This document shows, one piece after another, positions 47,237 through 57,704 of a DNA stretch of 64,000 bases. Source of the DNA: Desulfomonilia bacterium. Its GTDB lineage: Bacteria > Desulfobacterota > Desulfomonilia > UBA1062. Below the pieces are notes generated by a model, which saw only the letters and a list, made by a program, of their open reading frames with translations, made no database searches and had not been told where the DNA came from. The stretch is from positions 96,001 through 160,000 of the forward strand of contig JBEKDT010000010.1 of the NCBI GenBank assembly GCA_050014195.1. The letters are read 5' to 3'. Made by a program: the position numbers and the translations under genes. Each line of letters begins with the position of its first letter. Position 1 is the stretch's first letter.

Positions 47237-48034
47237 ATGAAGAGAATATTTAGCTTTTTTCTTCTTATCCCCCTGATTTATCTTATAGGCGGATGCGCAC
47301 ACCCCTCTATCCAGGAGGAAAATAAGGCCCTTCAATCCGAACTGAATGCCTGCAAGACTCAGTATGAAACGTGCCAGACGGAGAAGACACGTCTGGGCAA
47401 CGACCTTGACGAAACCCGTAAAAAACTTGAAAAGACATCATCTGATATCACTTCAGGCTATTCGGATAAACAGGATCTTCTCGATAAAAACATCGACTGC
47501 CTGGAGGAGAACAAAAACCTCCTCAAACAGATCTCGCGGTTTAAGGTCTTAATCCAGGAACGAAAGGATACCCAATGGAGGCTGAACAATGCAAATGATT
47601 ATCTTATGAACTTTCTGGCAACCGAGCGCATGAACGACCAGCTCTATATAGTTAAGGGTGAGGATACCGTAAAGATTATCATACCACAGCGGGTACTCTT
47701 TCCTGCACCGTTCAGTGCCTGGTTGATACCCAAGGGAACGACCCTTATTAAAAAGATTGCAAAAGGCTTGGATAAACTGAAACCCTTGTATGTAGAGGTC
47801 GCTGGGCATACCGATGATAGTTCCATACCAAAGCAGGTACAGAAGGTTTACCCCACACAATGGGATCTCTCCCATGCCCGGGCAGTATCAGTCCTGTTGA
47901 TGTTTGAAGGCCTGGGAATTAAAAAAGACAAGCTTTCGGTTATATCATACGGTGACACCAGGCCCATCGCCGATTCCACTTCAGAAGAAGGCAGGGCCAT
48001 GAACAGGAGGGTGGAGATTGTTATAACACCGTGA
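47237..48034 (+). CDS. OmpA/MotB-domain lipoprotein with coiled coil
   Basis: Lipobox 'GGC', 'GHTD', 'WDLSHARA', 'NRRVEI'. Confidence 0.85.
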   Translation: MKRIFSFFLLIPLIYLIGGCAHPSIQEENKALQSELNACKTQYETCQTEKTRLGNDLDETRKKLEKTSSDITSGYSDKQDLLDKNIDCLEENKNLLKQISRFKVLIQERKDTQWRLNNANDYLMNFLATERMNDQLYIVKGEDTVKIIIPQRVLFPAPFSAWLIPKGTTLIKKIAKGLDKLKPLYVEVAGHTDDSSIPKQVQKVYPTQWDLSHARAVSVLLMFEGLGIKKDKLSVISYGDTRPIADSTSEEGRAMNRRVEIVITP

Positions 48035-48084
48035 TCAATGACCTATTCAGCCGCTTTTTCTCATCACTGGTCACTGATCACTGA

Positions 48085-49911
48085 TCATCTCCGTGGCAAG
48101 CCCTTTATCCTCTCGATTATCTCTTTCGTATGGGTCTGAATATCGATCCTGTCTTCACGGAATCTCCAGGCAAGGTAGTGTTCCAGGTAGTCTCTGAATT
48201 CTCCCTCGAGTGAGGGCCATTTCTCTTTCACAAAGGTAACATGGCATTCATGTGAGCTGTTTTCCGGTAGGTTCAATCCTTTGCGGCTCATTGCCTTGCG
48301 GACTTTGTCATATGGAGGAAGTGATCTGTCTTTATACAAGAGATAAAAGAGCCAGAGGAGCAACCCTGATATGAACAGGTAGAGGGCATAAGATGAAATA
48401 TTTTCTATCTGTTTGTTGATCCGTGGTGCGGCTACAAAGATCTTTAATACAAACCGGATCTGGTCGTTGAGGGAATATTGGATAACCCATCTGAGCCATC
48501 GAAACCGGAGCTCATCTAAAATATGCAACGGTAAGCCGGAGATCTGACGTCCGTATGGAGTTGCATCGATTGAATGCCAGACACCGTCCCAGTACTCTAC
48601 CCATGCATGGGCGTCTGATGCCCGGACGATAAAATAATTACCGCTGTCATTATATTCCGTCACTAAAAACCCTGTAACGACACGGGCGGGTATCCCACAA
48701 CCTCGAATCATTGCAGCAAGGGCAGAGGCAAAATGTTCACAACTTCCCTTCCTGCCGGTGAACACAAACCAAGCTATAGCTGATTTTCCTGGGGGTATGT
48801 GCTGACTTTCCAGAGAATATGAATAAGCTGACCGGAGGTAACCAACAATGCGCTTCGTCTTTGTCGCGATATCACCTTGCTTTGCCACCTGTTTTCCAAG
48901 GTTACCTACCATCAGAAGTTCTTTGGGGAGATCGATCTTGCACGGGATACCAGGGTCAGCTCGGCGGTTCACCCTCACATCGTAAACATAGGGCACTTCA
49001 CCGGTCCAATAGATGTTTGAGCCCCGCACATCTCTGTTATTTGGAAAGACATCCTTGAACCAATAGGGGAAAAAGACATCTTTCGAATACAATGAGGCCG
49101 GATAGATCTTCAGGCTGTCGGTAAACCCATCCGAGGTGATCGGGGCTGAACCTTGGAATTCATCTTTAGAGAATCCGTCGGGAGATATCCCTTCAAGTCT
49201 GGATCCGGATAAATAAAAATGAGATGGGGGTTTGCCTGAAGTCCATATGATTCTCATCATGATATCATTGTCTGTTTTATCGTAAAGTATCTTTTTCAGA
49301 TCTACATCTTCGCTATAATTGACTGTGTTGCGTTGGATGAAACTATGTTGAATGATCGATGAAGTGGGCCTTGGCAGCACATAAAAGAGGAGGCAGGATG
49401 TGAGGATGATACCAACCGTGATCCGGATCCAGTGGAAGAGTCCATGATTATGGGATATCTCTGAAGAAGAGTATTCATTTGCATCGAGGGCATTGAGCGT
49501 CATAGGTACGAGGATAACCATAAATAAAAGTCCGACAAGAAACAGGGGACTTATGGTGAAGATGGTGGCAAGCAAGCATTGTGCAAATGATATTCCTATG
49601 ATCTGATAGATCTCGCGCGGCGTTTTTTTCATGACCAATCTGACGAATGCGAGTGTAAGGATCATGTCCCTGACCAGAATGACGACTGCAGCACTCCCAC
49701 GGTAAGATACACCGAGCACTTCAAAGAACATTATAGTAAGAAAAATGGCGATGGCCGTTTTCTGAGAGATGAGCTCTGAATCATAAAACCACTTCCCTAT
49801 AACAGCGTGAACCGCAGCAAACAGAAGAAACGCACTCCAGGGCAGGAGATCTGAAAGGCTCATGCAGAGGATCCCTGCCAAAGAGGTGCCGAGCGTGAGA
49901 AGCTTGAGCAT
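48085..49911 (-). CDS. Membrane transglutaminase-like protein (DUF3488/TgpA-type)
   Basis: 'GSCEHFASA', 'GIPARVVTGF', 'DAHAWVE', 'DATP'. Confidence 0.9.
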   Translation of the reverse strand: MLKLLTLGTSLAGILCMSLSDLLPWSAFLLFAAVHAVIGKWFYDSELISQKTAIAIFLTIMFFEVLGVSYRGSAAVVILVRDMILTLAFVRLVMKKTPREIYQIIGISFAQCLLATIFTISPLFLVGLLFMVILVPMTLNALDANEYSSSEISHNHGLFHWIRITVGIILTSCLLFYVLPRPTSSIIQHSFIQRNTVNYSEDVDLKKILYDKTDNDIMMRIIWTSGKPPSHFYLSGSRLEGISPDGFSKDEFQGSAPITSDGFTDSLKIYPASLYSKDVFFPYWFKDVFPNNRDVRGSNIYWTGEVPYVYDVRVNRRADPGIPCKIDLPKELLMVGNLGKQVAKQGDIATKTKRIVGYLRSAYSYSLESQHIPPGKSAIAWFVFTGRKGSCEHFASALAAMIRGCGIPARVVTGFLVTEYNDSGNYFIVRASDAHAWVEYWDGVWHSIDATPYGRQISGLPLHILDELRFRWLRWVIQYSLNDQIRFVLKIFVAAPRINKQIENISSYALYLFISGLLLWLFYLLYKDRSLPPYDKVRKAMSRKGLNLPENSSHECHVTFVKEKWPSLEGEFRDYLEHYLAWRFREDRIDIQTHTKEIIERIKGLPRR

Positions 49912-49912
49912 G

Positions 49913-50836
49913 TCAGATGTAGATAATCTGCGCATCGATCTCGGTGTCCTCAAGAATGGGCTTTAAGATGTTTTCAGCCAAAGCCAGCTGCTCTAGAATA
50001 CTTATCTTATGTAACCGGGAAAAGGAGATTCCACTGTAATACCCGTTCAATGCCAACCCGAAGGGCCGACCCATTCTGTGGAGTTCGGATATAATATAGG
50101 CAGCCCATGAGAATTTCTGTTCGACATCTAATCCCGGCATCAGAACTACTACGCCGCTCATACCGGAGCCTCCCTCGAAGACTCTGGATATGAGCCCTTG
50201 GTTCTGCTTCTTCCATACGACCGCGGATAGAGGATCTCCAGGCACGTATGGCCTGACGTGAGAGACGGAATCCCTCATCTTTCCTCCACCTGTATCATGA
50301 GTACCAAATGTGAGCGAAGGGTTAAAAGCCAGGGGTTCGGGAAAGACAAGAATATCATGAACCAGGGAAAAGGAGATGGATTTTTCGAAAAGGCCATAGG
50401 GGTATGTAGTCGCGATCACTATAGTCCCAAGATGGACTCTGCCCCTTTTCGGAAAGGTTTGGTCCGCGTGCAACAGCTCTGTTTGCTGACGCTGGAGCCG
50501 TGGAATCTTTATCTGTGATATGTCCTTGAGAATAAGACGCTCTGAACTGTTTCTCGTGTTTCTGAGGAGGTAACCTATTCTGGCGGACCTGCCGGCATAA
50601 ATCTCGGCAGGAAGAACCCTGTCGAGTTCAAGATAGCGCAGGTTCAGTTCCGATTCTATGCCTGAAACAATCATAAATGCCAAGATGCCGGCGAGCATAA
50701 GGTAGAGGAGATTGTTCCCTGTTGCCATGGAAATGACGATGATGCAGAAAAGAAAAACAAAGAAGATCTTCCCGGCCTTTGTCAGCTTGAAACCCCGAGG
50801 GGGCTTTAGATATTTATAGAGGGAGCTTAACCTCAT
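49913..50836 (-). CDS. DUF58 domain protein
   Basis: 'TGNNLLY', 'YPYGLF', 'VRPYVPGDP...VWK'. Lies between moxR and the transglutaminase gene. Confidence 0.85.
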   Translation of the reverse strand: MRLSSLYKYLKPPRGFKLTKAGKIFFVFLFCIIVISMATGNNLLYLMLAGILAFMIVSGIESELNLRYLELDRVLPAEIYAGRSARIGYLLRNTRNSSERLILKDISQIKIPRLQRQQTELLHADQTFPKRGRVHLGTIVIATTYPYGLFEKSISFSLVHDILVFPEPLAFNPSLTFGTHDTGGGKMRDSVSHVRPYVPGDPLSAVVWKKQNQGLISRVFEGGSGMSGVVVLMPGLDVEQKFSWAAYIISELHRMGRPFGLALNGYYSGISFSRLHKISILEQLALAENILKPILEDTEIDAQIIYI

Positions 50837-51728
50837 CAAGAACCGCCTCTACAATGCTGCCGGGAGCACCGTTTTTCGCTATGATCCGGTGCTCGAGAAC
50901 ATACGGTGCAATGCTCCTGACATCCCCGGGCGTAACAAAATCCCTGTTGCTTATGAAGGCCCATGCCTGCGAAGCCCTTTTCAAGGCCAGACCTCCCCTG
51001 GGCGAGACACCGAGTTCAACATGAGGATGTATCCTCGTGGCCCGCACGATATTCGTTATATAAGAGAGAATGTCATTATGGACCGTCACCTTTGAAGTGG
51101 CTTCAATCAATCCGAGTATGTCCTGACGGTCCATGATGGGGCTCAGTTTTAAGGCATCTGCGTGGTCGATGTCTTTCCTAAGGATTTCAGTCTCCTCTTC
51201 CAGTGGCGGATATCCGACATTTGCCTTGATTAGAAACCTGTCAAGCTGACTTTCCGGCAAAGGGAATGTTCCCGCTATTTCGGCTGGATTCTGGGTGGCT
51301 ATCACCATAAACGGCTCAGGTAATTTATAGGTGATCCCGTCAATAGTGACCTGGGACTCTTCCATTGCCTCCAACAATGCTGACTGTGTCTTGGGTGATG
51401 TCCTATTGATTTCATCCGCGAGTACAATACTCGCAAATATCGGGCCCTTTACCATATCGAAAGTAGCGGAACCGGTTCTGAAGGTATGGAAACCCGTAAC
51501 ATCGGACGGAAGCATGTCATTGGTGAACTGGATACGTTTGAAGTTCAGGTGGAGGAGCTGGGCAAGAGAGATCGCGATGAGAGTCTTCCCCACCCCCGGC
51601 ACCCCCTCCAGGAGTACATGCCCTCCGGATAAGAGACCGCAAAGGACGCATTTAAGAACATTGTCCTGGCCCAGATAGACTTCATGCATTTTCAGGATGA
51701 TCTCTCGGATATGTGAATGATTGTCCAT
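50814..51728 (-). CDS. MoxR-family AAA+ ATPase
   Basis: 'GHVLLEGVPGVGKT', 'RIQFT.D.LPSD', 'LADEINR', 'ATQNP', 'LPESQLDRF'. Confidence 0.93.
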   Translation of the reverse strand: MDNHSHIREIILKMHEVYLGQDNVLKCVLCGLLSGGHVLLEGVPGVGKTLIAISLAQLLHLNFKRIQFTNDMLPSDVTGFHTFRTGSATFDMVKGPIFASIVLADEINRTSPKTQSALLEAMEESQVTIDGITYKLPEPFMVIATQNPAEIAGTFPLPESQLDRFLIKANVGYPPLEEETEILRKDIDHADALKLSPIMDRQDILGLIEATSKVTVHNDILSYITNIVRATRIHPHVELGVSPRGGLALKRASQAWAFISNRDFVTPGDVRSIAPYVLEHRIIAKNGAPGSIVEAVLDEVKLPL

Positions 51729-51800
51729 ATGATGCCCAAAGACCCCATGGGTCTTTATGGGCTTGTAACACAACTCATGATGAATCTAACAGGACATTAT

Positions 51801-51995
51801 CTAGTGTTCGTCTGGAAGGTGCTGCTTTATTCTTTCAAGAAGTTCTCCGATCTCTTTCTCTCGGGCTTTCAAGTAATCTCGATACTCGAATGACATCCGA
51901 GCGTGGTGGATCTCAATACGAGTAGATACTTCTTCCCGGTTCAGCAGCATCTTTAACAATGATAATTCTTCCTTTGTGACTTCCAGGGCTATCAT
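51801..51995 (-). CDS. Small hypothetical protein
   Basis: AAGGAGG SD before MIALEVT...; short helical ORF. Confidence 0.65.
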   Translation of the reverse strand: MIALEVTKEELSLLKMLLNREEVSTRIEIHHARMSFEYRDYLKAREKEIGELLERIKQHLPDEH

Positions 51996-52194
51996 GGCAA
52001 CCTCCTTCATTTATTTAAGGTAATGACCGTTCATGGAGGAGTCAAGTCCCTGAGTCGGGTAAATAAGCATTCCTGATGGAATTAAAGCTCATCATGACAC
52101 TATTCATAAAGAGACAAATATAGTATAGCGTCAGCTTATCTGGCATATTAAGTTTAAGCCAGTAAATTCCGATATTCTGCACGAAGGTTGCACC

Positions 52195-54450
52195 ATGGCT
52201 GACATGCGCTACAGGCAAATTCTTGAGGACATGGAGGAGGGCTATTACGAGATCGACTTAGCCGGTACCTTCACGTTCGTTAATAAGATTGTCTGCAAAA
52301 TCTCAGAACTATCTGAAGAAGAAATCATTGGGTTGAATTATGCGGAGTACACCACCAAGGCTACTGCAAAGCGTGTCTTTAAGACATTCAGCAAGGTTTA
52401 CCAGACAGGGATACCTCAGAGAATAGAATATGAGATCATCCTGAAGGACAACACACGGAAGGTCATTGAAAATTCCATCAACCTTAACAGAGACAGCAAT
52501 CATACTATCATCGGCTTCTGCGGACTGGTGACTGACATAACGAAACGAAAACGCTTGGAAGAACAGCTCAGAGAAAACAGAGAGAGGTTCGAGGCCCTCT
52601 TTGAGAACGCAAATGAACTCATTATTACCACTGACGCTCTCGGATACATCAAACGTCTGAATAAGAAGGTCGAAGATATCTCCGGTTATTCGAGAAACGA
52701 GCTCATAGGCAAGAGTATTCTGGTCATTGCACATCCCGATGACAGGCAAATCTATATTAATTTCTGGCAACAACTCCTGGAAGGCCAAACCCCAAGGCTT
52801 GAACTCAGGTCGGTTTCCAAAGAAGGCAAATCGGCATACCTCTTCGCAAGTGGTAGCGTGCTGCGTAAAGGTGGAAAAATCGTCGAAGTGCAGTATAATG
52901 CCCAGGAGATCTCGTCACTGAAAAATGCACAACAGACCATCGAAGATCTGAAGAACCTCTTGAGCAGCATTTTTGAGTCGAGCCCGAACATGATCATCTG
53001 CCTGGACTGCTCAGGAAAGGTCCAGATGGCCAACCCGATAACCGAGCGGATCTTCCATAAACCCGTATCTGCCATCATCGGCAAGGGAATTTCTTCCCTC
53101 AGTCCTCAAATGGCATCCTTTGAAAAGATCATTCAGGCGGTACAGAAGGAACGCTCCCCACAATTTCTGCATGAGGAAATCCTTGCCCAGAATTCCAACA
53201 CGGTATTCGATGTAAACATCTACCCGCTCATGAATCCGTCCCTAGGCGGGGTTGTGTTCACTGCTGTGGATATTTCGGATAAGAAGCATATGGAACTCCA
53301 GCTCATCCATGCACAAAAGATGGAGACTATCGGTGAGCTCGCAGGTGGTGTTGCTCATGACTTCAATAATATCCTTACCGGGATTACCGGCAATATATCC
53401 ATGCTGAAATACACCAAGGATGAAAAGAAGAGGCTTCATTACATCGATACGTTGGAGAATATTGCCGATAGGGCACGGGACCTCATTCAGCAGATGCTCG
53501 CCTTCACGAAAAGGCATGACGGTAAACCCGAGCACATATCTTTGGGGCAGGTGATCCGTGAGGTCATTAATATGTCCATAAAGTCGATTCCAAAGAATAT
53601 CAGGATCGACTATAGTGCAAAAGAAAAGGATTATGCTGTATTTATTGACCACACGCACCTTACACAGGTATTGCTCAATCTGATCGTAAATGCCAAAGAT
53701 GCCATTGGAGATAATCAGGAAGGCCGTATCATGATCTCCATGAGTCCGATACATGTGGATAAAGATACAAAAAGGCAGTTCCTCCTCGGCTCGATCGGCA
53801 AGTATATACGGATAGACGTTGTCGACAACGGGTTCGGCATGACTCATGAGATCCTTCCCAAGATATTCGACCCCTTTTTCAGCACCAAGCAGAAAGGACC
53901 GGACAAGGGCACAGGGCTCGGGTTGTCGATAGCATATAATATTGTCAAGAATGCCGGTGGAAGCATTCAGGTCAGTTCCACTGAGGGAAAAGGATCGACT
54001 TTCAGCGTCTTGCTGCCTATATCCAAGCAGAAAGAAAAGGCATTGCCTCTCGAGTACAAAGCGGCACAGGGCGTGTCCAAACACAAAGCAAGGATTCTCA
54101 TTGTTGATGATGAAGACATGCTCAGGGATATCGGAAAAGAGATGCTCAATCTGCTTGGCCATACGGTGGAGACGGCATCCAACGGGTATGAGTGTATGGA
54201 GATCCTCAAGAATGACGATCAAGGATTTGATCTTATCATCCTTGATATGATCATGCCCGGACTGGACGGTTATCATACACTCATAGAGATGGAGAAGCAC
54301 AAAATAGATACAAGGGTCGTCATCTCATCAGGGTTCTCCTTTGAGCATGAAAAGCAAGACTTCCTCTCAAATCCGCTTATCGTAGCGAAGTTGAACAAGC
54401 CCTTCAATTTAGACGAACTATCACACATACTTGAGGAAGCGCTTGCATAG
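52195..54450 (+). CDS. Multi-PAS hybrid sensor histidine kinase
   Basis: Three PAS domains, 'AHDFNNIL', 'GTGLGL', C-terminal receiver 'IVDDE...DMIMP...KPF'. Confidence 0.93.
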   Translation: MADMRYRQILEDMEEGYYEIDLAGTFTFVNKIVCKISELSEEEIIGLNYAEYTTKATAKRVFKTFSKVYQTGIPQRIEYEIILKDNTRKVIENSINLNRDSNHTIIGFCGLVTDITKRKRLEEQLRENRERFEALFENANELIITTDALGYIKRLNKKVEDISGYSRNELIGKSILVIAHPDDRQIYINFWQQLLEGQTPRLELRSVSKEGKSAYLFASGSVLRKGGKIVEVQYNAQEISSLKNAQQTIEDLKNLLSSIFESSPNMIICLDCSGKVQMANPITERIFHKPVSAIIGKGISSLSPQMASFEKIIQAVQKERSPQFLHEEILAQNSNTVFDVNIYPLMNPSLGGVVFTAVDISDKKHMELQLIHAQKMETIGELAGGVAHDFNNILTGITGNISMLKYTKDEKKRLHYIDTLENIADRARDLIQQMLAFTKRHDGKPEHISLGQVIREVINMSIKSIPKNIRIDYSAKEKDYAVFIDHTHLTQVLLNLIVNAKDAIGDNQEGRIMISMSPIHVDKDTKRQFLLGSIGKYIRIDVVDNGFGMTHEILPKIFDPFFSTKQKGPDKGTGLGLSIAYNIVKNAGGSIQVSSTEGKGSTFSVLLPISKQKEKALPLEYKAAQGVSKHKARILIVDDEDMLRDIGKEMLNLLGHTVETASNGYECMEILKNDDQGFDLIILDMIMPGLDGYHTLIEMEKHKIDTRVVISSGFSFEHEKQDFLSNPLIVAKLNKPFNLDELSHILEEALA

Positions 54451-54677
54451 AGTGGACAGTGACCTGTGATCAGTGAACAGAATCATTCACTAATTACTGA
54501 AAATAACCCATGTATTGACCTAGTCAGAATCAGATGTTCTTTACGATCACTGGTCACTTTTCACTGATCACTTTTTTGACCGGCTCATCTTCCCTTCCGC
54601 CTATGCCGATATTATCATTAGGCTTAAGAAATATGAATCTGCCCGATTCTGCTTTTACAGGTTCGGGGGCACAAGTC

Positions 54678-56207
54678 ATGGCATATAATAAAGACTTCGA
54701 CAATTTATTCTTTGAAGACCTGTTTGAAAACTCTACGGCCATGTCTGTCGTAACAGACAAAAACGGCATGCTCATGAAGGTGAACAAGAGAGCACTGGAT
54801 ATCCTTATCGATCAGGATCACGACATTGGTAAGGTGATTGGAAGAAACATCCTTGAATTCATCCACAAGGACGACAGACCAAAGGTCATAGAGCTTTGGA
54901 AAAAGAGTGTAGCGGAACAGAAGGAAATCAATTACGAACTCCGCATGACCTCGATCGAAGGTCATGTCATGTATTTTCTCATCAGCGGAAGACCCATTAT
55001 AAGGGATGGGAAGGTTGTCCTGTTTCATTACCAGGCCCTTGACATAATCGACCGGAAGGTTCAGGAGCAGAACCTCCTGCAGTCCGCAAGTGCTGAAATC
55101 CTGGCCCAGATCGCAGGCGGATTTGCTCATGACTTTAACAACCTGCTGACGGTGATCAATGGGTATTCCGAGATTATGAAGATGTCTATCGATGAAAGCA
55201 ACCCTTTGCATCATAAGATCAGTCAGATCTGCCAGGCTGGGAAACAGGCTTCAGTTCTTACCAAAAGGATGCTGGATTTCAGCAGAAGAAACAAAACCGA
55301 TGCGAAGCCGCTCGATGTCAACACCGAGATAAGCAATCAGGAAAACATCATCAAACATATCATCGGTGAAAATATCAATCTGATTTTCGCAGAGACCCCA
55401 GGACTCGCACCAGTTACCATTGAGCCTTCCCAATTTGCTACTCTGCTGATCAACCTCACGGTAAATGCAAAGGAGGCAATGCCCGGAGGTGGAGAAATAA
55501 CTATTGGAACCGACAAATTAATTGTAAATGCTGCGAATGAAGAAATGTACCTCCAGGCACCCCATGGGGATTACCTGCTCTTCACGGTAAAAGACACGGG
55601 AGAAGGCATGACTCAAGGGGTCAAGCGGCAAATTTTCGATTCTTTCTTCTCTACCCGCGAAGGTGGTAAAGGCATCGGTTTGTGGACAGTTAAGAACATC
55701 GTAAGCGCGGCTCGGGGATTTATCTTCGTAGACTCCGAGCCGGGATTGGGAACAACATTCTCGATATTGCTTCCCTCCTCGTCTCCGGAAACAAAAACCG
55801 AGCAAGTTCAAACAAGACACGCTGAGCCTGTTGAGTTTCCTCCCACGTCTAAGACCATCCTTATTGTTGAAGATGATGACACCGTACGGGATCTTGTGAG
55901 TGAAGTGCTGAAGCAGCAAGGCCACATAATCTTGACCGCCCGCAACGGAGGTGACGCGCTCCAGCTTGCTAGGCAGTTCGAAGGCCATATCGATCTCCTC
56001 ATAACAGACATGGTCATGCGCAGGATTGACGGGAAGATGCTGTCCAGAAAGATAAAGTCCATCTGGCCTCACATTAAGGTCATGTTCATGTCCGGTTACG
56101 GTGGGGATGTGATTAATAATGATGATCTTAAAGAGAATGTGTTTCTCCCGAAACCGTTCCTGCCACAGGACCTTATTGATAAGGTCAGGTCCGTATTTCA
56201 GGGATGA
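54678..56207 (+). CDS. PAS hybrid sensor histidine kinase
   Basis: 'AHDFNNLL', 'DTGEG', receiver 'IVEDD...TDMVM...KPF'. Confidence 0.92.
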   Translation: MAYNKDFDNLFFEDLFENSTAMSVVTDKNGMLMKVNKRALDILIDQDHDIGKVIGRNILEFIHKDDRPKVIELWKKSVAEQKEINYELRMTSIEGHVMYFLISGRPIIRDGKVVLFHYQALDIIDRKVQEQNLLQSASAEILAQIAGGFAHDFNNLLTVINGYSEIMKMSIDESNPLHHKISQICQAGKQASVLTKRMLDFSRRNKTDAKPLDVNTEISNQENIIKHIIGENINLIFAETPGLAPVTIEPSQFATLLINLTVNAKEAMPGGGEITIGTDKLIVNAANEEMYLQAPHGDYLLFTVKDTGEGMTQGVKRQIFDSFFSTREGGKGIGLWTVKNIVSAARGFIFVDSEPGLGTTFSILLPSSSPETKTEQVQTRHAEPVEFPPTSKTILIVEDDDTVRDLVSEVLKQQGHIILTARNGGDALQLARQFEGHIDLLITDMVMRRIDGKMLSRKIKSIWPHIKVMFMSGYGGDVINNDDLKENVFLPKPFLPQDLIDKVRSVFQG

Positions 56208-56279
56208 GTTTTCGTGACGAGTAACTATTCATGCATACTGGCTTCTGCATTCTAAGCCGAAAGCTGATCAGGCAGGGTA

Positions 56280-56969
56280 TTATCTCGTAATGCACTTTCC
56301 TACGAATGAACCGACTTCGGTGGCAAGAGCTGCCATCTCATCATTTGAAAATGAGGATTTCCTTGCGTATGCCCTGTCAAGATGTTTCGAAGAGACAAAT
56401 TTCTGGAGCACATACCGCTTAGAGCCTTTAATCATCTTTGCAATTTTTAAAACATCCCCCGAACCCAGCAATGAATTTACCAGGGTGGTACGGAACTCAT
56501 AGGCAATGTCTGATTCTATGATCATTGCTATGCTTTTCTTTATATGCGTTATGTTTACGAGTGATCCCGCAACGTGAGAATATTTATCCCAAGGCGCCTT
56601 GATGTCCATTGCTAAATAATCCAGGAGGTTTTTATCAAGTGCCTCCTGAATAACCTTGGGCCTGGAGCCGTTGGTGTCAAGCTTTACCAGGTATCCCATG
56701 GATTTTACCCTATGCATGAACCCTATGAGGCCTGATTGTAATGTTGGTTCACCGCCGGTTATGACAACGGCATCGAGCTTTCCTCTTCGCTTTTCCAGAT
56801 AAGAGTACACATCTTCCATGAGGATAATATTGCAATATCGATCCGGATCAACGAGCTCAGGGTTGTGGCAGTAAGGACATCGGAAATTACACCCTTGCAT
56901 GAAAACTACCGCACTGATCTTCCCTGGATAATCTATAAACGATGTCTTCTGGACGTAACCGATCTTCAT
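56280..56969 (-). CDS. nrdG: Anaerobic ribonucleotide reductase activating radical-SAM protein
   Basis: 'SFIDYPG', 'GCNFRCPYCHNP', 'GGEPT', 'KLDTNG'. Confidence 0.9.
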   Translation of the reverse strand: MKIGYVQKTSFIDYPGKISAVVFMQGCNFRCPYCHNPELVDPDRYCNIILMEDVYSYLEKRRGKLDAVVITGGEPTLQSGLIGFMHRVKSMGYLVKLDTNGSRPKVIQEALDKNLLDYLAMDIKAPWDKYSHVAGSLVNITHIKKSIAMIIESDIAYEFRTTLVNSLLGSGDVLKIAKMIKGSKRYVLQKFVSSKHLDRAYARKSSFSNDEMAALATEVGSFVGKCITR

Positions 56970-57213
56970 GGATATATCACCATCATGAAAAGGTGCCTCA
57001 GGATCGTGCCTATGTCAAATGGTTCCTTAAGTTATTCGGATAATATTTGACTGAGGCCAAGAACCTCTTTTTGGGGGGCTTATAGTCTTAAAAAAAACAT
57101 CTTCCTTGATTTATCCGTGCATCCGGTTAATTATATTATAGTAATATGAGTTGCATGTTCAAGATATCTATACGAAATGACGATTCTATTGTCATGGAGG
57201 AATAAGACCCATC

Positions 57214-57597
57214 ATGGCAAAGGCACGAATTCTCATCATGGATGATGAGGAACTTATTCTTGATGTCGTGAGCAGTATGCTTGAATACCTGGGATATGAG
57301 GTCGAGGTTTCCAAAAACGGGCAAGAGGCGCTTGGAAAGTATCATGCCGCCATGCAGACAGGAAATCCCTTTGGTGCGGTAATCATGGATCTCACCATAC
57401 CCGGAAGCCAAGGGGGCAAAGAGGTGATTCAGGATCTGTTGAAACTTGACCCTTCAGTAAGTGCGATTGTTTCCAGCGGGTACTCCAATGATCCTATCAT
57501 GTCAAACTGCACGGAGTATGGTTTCAAGGGTGTTGTTAAGAAGCCGTTCAAGATGGAAGAGCTCAAAGAGGTTATCGAACAAACCTTGAAAGCCTGA
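57214..57597 (+). CDS. Stand-alone response regulator (receiver domain)
   Basis: 'IMDDE', 'MDLTIPG', 'SSGY', 'KPF'. Confidence 0.9.
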   Translation: MAKARILIMDDEELILDVVSSMLEYLGYEVEVSKNGQEALGKYHAAMQTGNPFGAVIMDLTIPGSQGGKEVIQDLLKLDPSVSAIVSSGYSNDPIMSNCTEYGFKGVVKKPFKMEELKEVIEQTLKA

Positions 57598-57704
57598 TAG
57601 ACAAGAGTTACGATAAAAGGCACCAAGCTTGAGGGTTATAGCACCAAATCAAGGGAATTTCTTCCCTAACCCGGCACTAGAACCCAATGCCCAGTGTCCA
57701 TCTT